Source of the DNA: Patescibacteria group bacterium
GTDB taxonomy: Bacteria; Patescibacteriota; Patescibacteriia; UBA9934; CAMTUG01
Direction of reading: 5' to 3'
NCBI GenBank assembly: GCA_038056005.1
Contig: JBBUGS010000050.1
Span: 1-36,089, forward strand
Length of the DNA stretch: 36,089 nucleotides
The position numbers and the translations under genes are program-made. This document shows positions 26,238 through 32,415 of this stretch, in pieces. The notes below the pieces were generated by a model. That model did no database searches. It was not told where the DNA came from and was given only the letters and a program-made list of their open reading frames with translations. Every line of letters begins with the position of its first letter. Position 1 is the first letter of the stretch.

Positions 26238-26266
26238 ATGTTAGGGCTGAAAGGGCCACCTGTCAA
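26238..26266 (-). promoter_or_regulatory. putative near-leaderless promoter of the riboflavin operon
   Basis: Minus strand: TTGACA (26266-26261), a 17-nt spacer, then TAACAT (26243-26238). Then 9 nt (aaccctact) precede the ATG at 26228. Confidence 0.5.
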
Positions 26267-26272
26267 CGCGCC

Positions 26273-26301
26273 TTGCAAAGAGGGGGTTGTGGTGGTAAAT
26301 T
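26273..26301 (+). promoter_or_regulatory. putative promoter of the carrier-protein gene, divergent from the rib promoter
   Basis: TTGCAA (26273-26278), a 17-nt spacer, then TAAATT (26296-26301). SD AGGTG at 26309-26313 and ATG at 26319. Confidence 0.5.
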
Positions 26302-26318
26302 CTCGCTCGAGGTGAATA

Positions 26319-26582
26319 ATGGTTAACCGCAAGGCTATCAAGCAAGACCTTCTCCGATTTCTTTCCGACGCGTCGCGTGGGGCAATAGCGATCACGGAGG
26401 AGAACAAGTACACACCCTTTTGTGATCTCGGGGCTGACAGCATCATGCTCTACGACATGTGCTTCAGCATCGAGCGGCGGTATGAAATCCAGTTCGAGCC
26501 CAACGAATTTCACAGCATACGAGAGGGTTCATTCAGTGCCCTTCAGCTACTCGTGGAACTTAAAGTCGATGCACACCCGTGA
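26319..26582 (+). CDS. acyl/peptidyl carrier protein-like (phosphopantetheine attachment motif)
   Basis: 87 aa. DLGADSIMLYDM matches the (D)LGxDS(L/I) Ser attachment motif at the usual position in a four-helix carrier protein. Confidence 0.7.
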   Translation: MVNRKAIKQDLLRFLSDASRGAIAITEENKYTPFCDLGADSIMLYDMCFSIERRYEIQFEPNEFHSIREGSFSALQLLVELKVDAHP

Positions 26583-26613
26583 CTTCTCCAAGCCCGTGAC
26601 TTCTCCAAGCCCG
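26576..26613. repeat. 17-bp perfect tandem duplication (2.2 copies) spanning the carrier-protein stop codon
   Basis: CCCGTGACTTCTCCAAG occurs at 26576-26592 and again at 26593-26609, followed by a partial CCCG. Confidence 0.9.
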
Positions 26614-26650
26614 CGCCCACACAGTGGCGCGGTGCTGTCGTTTACATCGC

Positions 26651-26679
26651 TTGTGCCAGCAGGTTCTACAAGCTAGAAT
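26651..26679 (+). promoter_or_regulatory. putative near-leaderless promoter of the alpha/beta hydrolase gene
   Basis: TTGTGC (26651-26656), a 17-nt spacer, then TAGAAT (26674-26679). Then 9 nt (gtcctcact) precede the ATG at 26689. Confidence 0.45.
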
Positions 26680-26688
26680 GTCCTCACT

Positions 26689-27576
26689 ATGCTTAATGGT
26701 TCACTGGTAAAAACAACCACATCGGATGGTTTAGAGCTAGCAGGATTTTGGATGGACCAAAAATCCGATCTGGCAGTGTTTCATTCTCACGGTACAGCTG
26801 GAGATTTTTATACGCACCAATTTATTGAAGATGAAGGCAAGCGGCTCGCTGAAATGGGTATCTCATTTTTGACAGCCAACAATCGCGGCCACGATGTTTA
26901 CGCTGATATTCGAAAATTCGAGAACGGATCCGTCAGCTGGGCGCATGTCGGCGGCGGTTTTGAGCGTTTTGAAGATTGCATTTTTGATATCAGTGCGTGG
27001 CTGGATTTCCTGAGCGCTCAAGGCGTGAAGCGTGTCGTTCTTCAAGCACATAGCCTAACCCAAAAGATTTTGTACTATCAACATCTCAAGCATGATCCTC
27101 GGGTGGTCGGCCAAATCCATCTGTCGCCGTGCAACGATGCCGGCTTTATGCTCCATCTTCTCGGCGAGCAGAAGTACGGGGAGACAAACAAAATGGTAGC
27201 GAAGCTTGTGGCCGAAGGAAAAACTTCTGAGCTGTTACCGAAGGAGCTCGCCGTTGTCTGCCCGATGGGTCCTTTGCCTTACTTGGGTTATTTAACAGAA
27301 GAGGGTATGGGCAATCTTTTCCCTTATCACAAAGCAGACTCAACGAAGTGGTCTATGCTAGCCGGGACAACGGATCCCCTTCTCGCTATTTTTGGCGGCG
27401 CTGATGGATTTATTAAGCCATCAATCGATGAAGCGGCCAAGCTCTTTCGTGACCACGCAACATCTTCAGCAACTACATCGGTAGAAGTTATTCCCAATGC
27501 CCCACATAGTTATGTCGGTTATGAAAATAATCTTACATCAATAATTTCAACATGGCTCTCTCTCCTTCAAAACTAA
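26689..27576 (+). CDS. alpha/beta-fold hydrolase (DUF1749-like)
   Basis: 295 aa. VFHSHGTAGDF and LQAHSLTQ (a nucleophile-elbow-like xHSxx) with a late His (PNAPHSY). The assignment is at fold level. Confidence 0.7.
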   Translation: MLNGSLVKTTTSDGLELAGFWMDQKSDLAVFHSHGTAGDFYTHQFIEDEGKRLAEMGISFLTANNRGHDVYADIRKFENGSVSWAHVGGGFERFEDCIFDISAWLDFLSAQGVKRVVLQAHSLTQKILYYQHLKHDPRVVGQIHLSPCNDAGFMLHLLGEQKYGETNKMVAKLVAEGKTSELLPKELAVVCPMGPLPYLGYLTEEGMGNLFPYHKADSTKWSMLAGTTDPLLAIFGGADGFIKPSIDEAAKLFRDHATSSATTSVEVIPNAPHSYVGYENNLTSIISTWLSLLQN

Positions 27577-28958
27577 CGAAACCATTCCCTGAGCCGATCC
27601 CGCTCAAAAAGTTGATTGGACCAAGTTTTATTATTTTGGCTCTAGGACTCGGATCTGGCGAAGTTATTTTGTGGCCGTACCTTGCCTCTAACTACGGCTT
27701 GGGAATTGCTTGGGGCGCGTTGCTTGGCATTTCGTTTCAATATTTCATCAACATGGAGATCGAGCGCTACGCTTTGGTGAAAGGCGAAAGCGTATTTGTG
27801 GGGATTGCTAAGATTTTTCGCGTGGCGCCTTATTGGTTTATCGCTTCCACGTTTATTGGCTTCGGACTGCCGGGAATTATTGCTGCCTCGGCGGTGGTGG
27901 TTGCCTCCGTGATTGGTGTTGAGTACGTCAGTCTTGTCGGCATTGCGCTGTTGCTTGTGATCGGATGCATTTTGAGTTCTGGGAAAACTGTCTACGGACT
28001 CATGGAAAAGCTCACTAAGACGATTCTGCTCGTCGGCGTTCCGTGTATATTTATCTTAGCGCTCACTGTGGCTACCTCGATGGATTGGAGTGCTCTCGCA
28101 AGCGGAGTCATCGGCCACGGTGAAGGTTATCGATTCTTGCCCGAGGGAATTGTTTTGGCAGCCTTTTTGGCTGCGTTTGCCTATTCCGGTGCCGGAGGAA
28201 ACTTGAACCTCACTCAATCTATTTATGTAAAGGAAAAAGGGTATGGGATGGGCAAGTATGCTGAGCGGGTCTCAGGCCTCTTTCGTGAAGGGGGTGTGGC
28301 TGAAGCCGTGCATCTTGAAGGTGTGGAGTTTGTCGACAACCCCGAAAACCGTCGACGTTTTAAGATTTGGTGGCGACGCATTTCCACAGAACATGCCCTT
28401 GTCTTTTGGTTTATTGGCGCCTTGTCGATCCTCTTGCTCATGCTACTTTCTTATGCGACGACGTACGGAGTAACCGACAACGCCGAAGGAATTAGTTTTG
28501 TTTTGCATGAAGGAGCTGCCATTGGGGCGCACATCACCCCTGTCCTCGGTTCACTTTTCTTGGTGATTGTGGGCATCATGCTTTTTCAAACACAACTCGG
28601 TGTGATGGACTCAACGTCGCGGATTATGGCCGAGAATGCAGCGATTGCTTACATGAAAAAGAAGGCGGTGCGCACGGTGCCACTTTCAAAAATCTACTTT
28701 GGGTTTTTGTGGGCGCAAATTGCCTTCGGGATTTTGCTTTTTGCGATTGGGGTAACTGAACCGAAGTCGCTGCTTATTCTCGGTGCGTGCATTAACGCCT
28801 TTGCGATGTTTGTCCACGTCGGCCTGGTGGCCATTCTCAATTGGAAAGCGCTGCCGAAGTTTTATCAACCACCGCTCTGGCGGCGTATCCTCCTCGGTTT
28901 AATATTCGTCTTTTTTGGATTCTTTAGTGTCGTGGTTATTTATAGCCAGTTGTTCTAA
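27552..28958 (+). CDS. Nramp-superfamily-like polytopic transporter lacking the canonical DPGN/MPH metal-site motifs
   Basis: 468 aa with about 11 TM segments. The N-terminal GPSFIILALGLGSGEVILWPYLASNYG parallels Nramp TM1 but has GSGE in place of DPGN. The start overlaps the hydrolase 3' end by 25 nt. Confidence 0.6.
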   Translation: MALSPSKLTKPFPEPIPLKKLIGPSFIILALGLGSGEVILWPYLASNYGLGIAWGALLGISFQYFINMEIERYALVKGESVFVGIAKIFRVAPYWFIASTFIGFGLPGIIAASAVVVASVIGVEYVSLVGIALLLVIGCILSSGKTVYGLMEKLTKTILLVGVPCIFILALTVATSMDWSALASGVIGHGEGYRFLPEGIVLAAFLAAFAYSGAGGNLNLTQSIYVKEKGYGMGKYAERVSGLFREGGVAEAVHLEGVEFVDNPENRRRFKIWWRRISTEHALVFWFIGALSILLLMLLSYATTYGVTDNAEGISFVLHEGAAIGAHITPVLGSLFLVIVGIMLFQTQLGVMDSTSRIMAENAAIAYMKKKAVRTVPLSKIYFGFLWAQIAFGILLFAIGVTEPKSLLILGACINAFAMFVHVGLVAILNWKALPKFYQPPLWRRILLGLIFVFFGFFSVVVIYSQLF

Positions 28959-28979
28959 GCAAGTTGCTTTCCCTGCAAA

Positions 28980-29011
28980 GAAAAAAGATCATCGCAAAGA
29001 TGATCTTTTTT
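28980..29011. terminator. bidirectional rho-independent terminator
   Basis: AAAAAAA-GATCATC-GCAAA-GATGATC-TTTTTT. It serves the plus-strand transporter gene and the minus-strand tRNA-Gln. Confidence 0.8.
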
Positions 29012-29012
29012 C

Positions 29013-29086
29013 TGGCTCCGGGACGTGGATTCGAACCACGGTTAACGGATTCAGAGTCCGTTGTCCTGCCGCTAGACGATCCCGGA
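29013..29086 (-). tRNA. tRNA-Gln (anticodon CUG), CCA encoded
   Basis: Hand-folded cloverleaf. Acceptor stem TCCGGGA/TCCCGGA. D stem GTCT/GGAC. Anticodon stem ACGGA/TCCGT with loop CTCTGAA. T stem CGTGG/CCACG with loop TTCGAAT. Discriminator G followed by CCA. Total 74 nt. Confidence 0.95.
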
Positions 29087-29103
29087 ATGACTTTGTGTCA
29101 GCG

Positions 29104-29132
29104 AGACTATCATTATTTATGCCGTCGGTCAA
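29104..29132 (-). promoter_or_regulatory. putative promoter of tRNA-Gln
   Basis: Minus strand: TTGACC (29132-29127), a 17-nt spacer, then TAGTCT (29109-29104). It lies 17 nt upstream of the tRNA 5' end. Confidence 0.5.
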
Positions 29133-29215
29133 CGCGGCTATTGGTGGTTAAAATGTCGTCGACCCCGTCGCAAGAGTCGACGAGGTCGTGTGAGAGCGGC
29201 GCGGAGAAGCGTCGC

Positions 29216-29614
29216 CTAGCTGGTATTGCCGCAACGGAGCTTGACGAGCTTGGGGGTTGGGACGATGACGGTGGTTCCGGCCTCGTAAGCGATGAGCCCC
29301 TCGGCCAAAAGCTCCGCGACCTCGCCATCAAACACGCGACGAAGTTCATCGAAGTCGACCCCTTCGGTCCGCTCACCGTGGGCCACGATGACGTCCTGCT
29401 CGAGATCCCCGTAGAGGGCATCCACTTCCACCCCAAACCAGTGGCCATGGCTCTCCGCCCTTTCCTGGGAGAAGCGGAGGAGACGGTTGGCGGTGCCGTC
29501 CCGGGTCGTCTCAGTGCTCCGGACCGGGATGGGCCCGAGCTCGTTCGGACGAAGCTTTTCGACCCACAGACGACCACAGATGAAGAGCTCAGGAACGGTG
29601 TCGGTCACGGGCAT
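29216..29614 (-). CDS. hypothetical acidic protein in GC-rich cassette B (132 aa)
   Basis: ATG preceded by AGGAG with a 5-nt spacer. A hand count of 29281-29340 gives 63% GC, with a per-codon-position pattern of 80/35/75%. Codon choice looks like genuine high-GC coding: Ile ATC 5 of 5, Thr ACC 9 of 11, Lys AAG 3 of 3, Glu GAG 13 vs GAA 5, and no ATA/TTA/CTA. The mirror plus-strand ORF (ATG 29153..29671) would be dominated by Gly GGT and contain GTA, so it is less likely. No family is recognised. Confidence 0.55.
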   Translation of the reverse strand: MPVTDTVPELFICGRLWVEKLRPNELGPIPVRSTETTRDGTANRLLRFSQERAESHGHWFGVEVDALYGDLEQDVIVAHGERTEGVDFDELRRVFDGEVAELLAEGLIAYEAGTTVIVPTPKLVKLRCGNTS

Positions 29615-29638
29615 GGAGGCTCCTGGGGGTTCGCCCTG

Positions 29639-29668
29639 AAACTAACATGGTTCGACTTGGGCGGTCAA
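29639..29668 (-). promoter_or_regulatory. putative promoter of cassette B
   Basis: Minus strand: TTGACC (29668-29663), an 18-nt spacer ending in TGT (extended -10), then TAGTTT (29644-29639). Confidence 0.4.
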
Positions 29669-29705
29669 TAGAAAAACGACCGCGCGAGGCGGCCGCTTTT
29701 CTATT
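29667..29705 (-). terminator. rho-independent terminator of the 29721..30500 gene
   Basis: AATAGAAAA (29667-29675) pairs with TTTTCTATT (29697-29705). They enclose a GC-rich inner stem (CGACCGC...GCGGCCG). The minus strand shows the stem followed by TTTTTCTATT. Confidence 0.7.
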
Positions 29706-29720
29706 CGTTTGATTTCTCTT

Positions 29721-30500
29721 TTACTCAACGTTCTCATCCGCATCAACGATCAAGTGAACTTCGGTGACATCGGTGAACGAGACTCCGTTATCGTCGACCA
29801 CAACGGTGCCCTTAAAGTGCACTTTGGATCCAACGCTCAAATCTGATTCACTGGCTTGACCGTCTTTTCCAAAGTAGAAGACGGTATTGTCGCTGTAATT
29901 CACTGTTGCTGAAGCAGCTTCGTGATCCTTGAAAGGCTTGAGCTCAACCGTAAAGGTATTTGCTTCGGTATCAACGGCTGAAACTTCAGCTCCGGCGCGA
30001 TGATGCTTTCCCTTGCTCAAATCCGTATTGATCAACTTAGCAGTGACTGTTCCATCAGCTGACAAACTGCCGAAGATACGAACGCGCAAGCCAGTCGTCA
30101 AATCTGCCGTCGTCCCCTCTTCACCATCCACCATGACTTTGGTGGAAGCGTTAACCGCCACCGTGATGCTCGATCCAACTTCAGGAAGGACTGGAGGAGT
30201 CAATTTACCCTTAAATTCTCCACCAGGAACACGCCCCTTGAGTTCATCGTATGAGACACCTATTGGAACGACTCTATCTTCATGCTTTTGGTCGCGTGGC
30301 GGAACGTCAACAACCGTTAATGTGAGACTACCTACCCCTTCATTGTCTAGCGAGACAGAAGTGATGTCAGCGATAATCCCTGGACCACGGCGAACATGCT
30401 CATCGTGCTGACCGTCGTTCCCCTGGGCAGAGGCAATCGGGGCAAGGGTGCTGAAACCGAGAGCAAGAGCTCCAACCGCAGCGAGGTACTTGATATTCAT
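29721..30500 (-). CDS. secreted repeat protein (DUF5666-like beta-rich domains)
   Basis: Signal peptide MNIKYLAAVGALALGFSTLAPIASAQG. Repeated G(S/T)xV(x)V...G segments such as VRIFGSLSADGTVTA and VHFKGTVVVDDNGVSF. The family call is tentative. Confidence 0.65.
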   Translation of the reverse strand: MNIKYLAAVGALALGFSTLAPIASAQGNDGQHDEHVRRGPGIIADITSVSLDNEGVGSLTLTVVDVPPRDQKHEDRVVPIGVSYDELKGRVPGGEFKGKLTPPVLPEVGSSITVAVNASTKVMVDGEEGTTADLTTGLRVRIFGSLSADGTVTAKLINTDLSKGKHHRAGAEVSAVDTEANTFTVELKPFKDHEAASATVNYSDNTVFYFGKDGQASESDLSVGSKVHFKGTVVVDDNGVSFTDVTEVHLIVDADENVE

Positions 30501-30632
30501 AGCGTTAATTATTTACGAATTATTTTCTGGACGCATACCCATACACCCGCCGCTCCCATTTCGTCACAAGCCGATTGGTTACGAGGCTACACCAAAATCG
30601 GCCTCAGGTTACCAGGAGAGGTTTCGCCAATC

Positions 30633-30665
30633 AAAAACCGCCCGTCGTTTTATAACGATGAGCGG
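30633..30665 (-). terminator. putative terminator of the 30675..31178 gene
   Basis: Minus strand: CCGCTCATCGTT-ATAA-AACGACGGGCGG, an imperfect 12-bp stem with 2 mismatches, followed by TTTTTG. Confidence 0.55.
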
Positions 30666-30674
30666 CTTCTGAAA

Positions 30675-31178
30675 TTACTTAACCGCGACGACGTTGATAT
30701 ATCCGAGTGTTTGACCTTGGTCGTAGAGGCTAATCTCGTACGCACCCAGCGTGTCGGCATCAAATTCATAGGTTCCTTGGACGCCGGCTTTGAGCGCAAG
30801 ATTTTGGGTGTGGCCTTGAAGCTCTAACGTGTCAGACTTCGATGACGTCACCCGCATCACCACATGTTTGCCTTGTGGCACTTCGTAGGTTTCAGGATTG
30901 AAGGCAGCGCCTTGAGTGTAATTAATAGTGATGTAAAAGGCTGGCTCGTCTTCGTCTGTTGCTGTTGAGGTGACGCTGTTGGTTGAGGTCTCCGGCTTGG
31001 ATGTGGTATTCGTCTTCGTTGATGAGTTCGCTGAGTTCGGCAGTGTGGAGTTTGCGTAGTTTACTGTGTCAGATACCCCATCACGTTCTGGCGTTGGCGT
31101 GCGATGCTCAGCCCAGATGCCAAGTAGTACGGCGAGGACAAAAAGGACCACGACTGGCCCCAGAGATCGTTTATCCAT
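30675..31178 (-). CDS. N-terminally anchored, Ser/Thr-rich-linker protein with a cupredoxin-like C-terminal domain and no Cys ligand
   Basis: TM segment GPVVVLFVLAVLLGIW and an STN-rich linker. YEVPQGKHVVMRVTSSKSDTLELQGH...GTYEFDADTLGAYEI resembles the cupredoxin/EfeO-type fold. No Cys is present, so a type-1 Cu site is unlikely. Confidence 0.55.
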   Translation of the reverse strand: MDKRSLGPVVVLFVLAVLLGIWAEHRTPTPERDGVSDTVNYANSTLPNSANSSTKTNTTSKPETSTNSVTSTATDEDEPAFYITINYTQGAAFNPETYEVPQGKHVVMRVTSSKSDTLELQGHTQNLALKAGVQGTYEFDADTLGAYEISLYDQGQTLGYINVVAVK

Positions 31179-31211
31179 AGAAATGCGTTAGGACTTATTC
31201 CTTAAACACGG

Positions 31212-31240
31212 TTGACAGTCACCTCTGAACACTTTACAAC
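31212..31240 (+). promoter_or_regulatory. putative promoter of the GC-rich DnaN-like cassette
   Basis: TTGACA (31212-31217), a 17-nt spacer, then TACAAC (31235-31240, a weak -10). SD GAGG at 31248-31251 and ATG at 31259. Confidence 0.4.
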
Positions 31241-31258
31241 AGGTGCAGAGGAAAAACC

Positions 31259-32401
31259 ATGACGTCCTCGCCGACTTCTCTGACTTCTTTCCCTTTCGAC
31301 GTCGCAGCCCGCATGGCCGAGCGCATCACCCTCCAAGGACGCAACGCTCACCACCCCGTGGGGTTCATTCATGAGGCTGGCAAGCTGATCCTCCGGGTAA
31401 GGGTGGGATGCCCGTGGGACCACCTCGCGCTCCGCACCGATGTGCCGTTGGAGGATCAGGCGGCCGTCCACGTCGACACCCGAGCCCTTGCACAGGCAGT
31501 GCGTGCCTATGGTCGGAAGCTCGAGGTCACCCAGACCCTGGGGGGAGAGATCTCACTCTGCGGAAAGCATGGAAGTGTCCTGCTCCGTCGCTGCCGTGAG
31601 CAACCGGGCCTGTTTCCGTTCGCCGATTCGCTGGAAGGGCCCGCGTTCACCATTACGAAGGCCGATGCGGTTGCCGCTCTCGCCGCCAGTGATGCCGTAT
31701 TGCTCAAACGAGATCACAACGTCGGGATGTGGTTCGACCGGGGGCCTGGAGCCGATCAGTTCTACACGCTAAGCACGGACGGATGGCGCCTGCAGCGGCA
31801 CGCCGTGCCCTACGAAGGGCAGTACTGGATCCCTGCCAGGGTCACGTTCTCGGCCCAGACTGTTCGCTGGCTTCTGTGGATTTTGCGTCAGACCCCCGCG
31901 ACAGAGATCAGTTTCACTCGGGTGGACGAATGGCGTTGCCGAATCGACGCTGGACCACTCACCGCGATGATCTGTCTCGTACAGCAGGCCACCCCTGATC
32001 ACCGCGAAGTCATCCGTGAAGCACTCACAGCGGACCGACGCGGCATGCTCGTAGACCGCGTGGAGCTGCGCCACACACTGAGCCGCGTGAAGAGGTTGCT
32101 TCCTCCGCCGCATCACGACATCAAGCTGCGGTTCGAAGAGAACAGACTCGCCATTCTCTTCACGAATGGTCGGTGTGACCTCGAAGGCGCGATCGAGATC
32201 AAAGGATCGGGGTGGAACGGCGAACCCCAAATCGTCGGCTACAACACCCGCGCCCTCCTTGACGCTTGCCGTACCGGCCCCAAGGAGACCGAGATCTACC
32301 TCTCGCCCGGCAAGGCCCTGAAGGACGCAGGTGTCGCCTACGGACCCAAGGCCGGCCCCGACCGTTTCCTTGCCCTTTTCATGCCACTCAACATCCCCTA
32401 A
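31259..32401 (+). CDS. divergent DNA polymerase III beta sliding-clamp (DnaN-fold)-like protein, GC-rich, orphan
   Basis: 380 aa, which is clamp-sized. Blocks are collinear with E. coli DnaN as I recall it: TDGWRLQRHAVP vs TDGHRLAVCSMP; PDHREVI vs PDYRRVLP; IKLRFEENRLAILFTN vs VRLYVSENQLKITANN; VGYNTRALLDACR vs IGFNVSYVLDVLN; C-terminal FLALFMPLNIP vs AYVVMPMRL. Two hand-counted 60-nt lines gave 67-68% GC. Confidence 0.8.
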   Translation: MTSSPTSLTSFPFDVAARMAERITLQGRNAHHPVGFIHEAGKLILRVRVGCPWDHLALRTDVPLEDQAAVHVDTRALAQAVRAYGRKLEVTQTLGGEISLCGKHGSVLLRRCREQPGLFPFADSLEGPAFTITKADAVAALAASDAVLLKRDHNVGMWFDRGPGADQFYTLSTDGWRLQRHAVPYEGQYWIPARVTFSAQTVRWLLWILRQTPATEISFTRVDEWRCRIDAGPLTAMICLVQQATPDHREVIREALTADRRGMLVDRVELRHTLSRVKRLLPPPHHDIKLRFEENRLAILFTNGRCDLEGAIEIKGSGWNGEPQIVGYNTRALLDACRTGPKETEIYLSPGKALKDAGVAYGPKAGPDRFLALFMPLNIP

Positions 32402-32415
32402 GCGCTTTTCCACTC

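Noticed and set aside
26576-26613. Possible CRISPR-like or minisatellite array
   Set aside because: There are only 2.2 directly adjacent copies of a 17-mer with no spacers. No other repeat arrays are present in the window, so I do not call a CRISPR.
29013-29668. Classical tRNA-integrated genomic island at tRNA-Gln
   Set aside because: The GC-rich segment lies on the 5' (promoter) side of the tRNA, not at its 3' end. I found no integrase and no direct repeat of the tRNA 3' end. I therefore do not call it a mobile element.
28964-29671. 235-aa plus-strand ORF spanning tRNA-Gln and cassette B
   Set aside because: Its 5' part runs through the tRNA gene and the terminator. Even the shorter version from ATG 29153 has atypical codon choice for high-GC coding (GGT-dominated Gly, GTA) and no convincing plus-strand promoter. 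I keep it only as the less likely alternative to the minus ORF.
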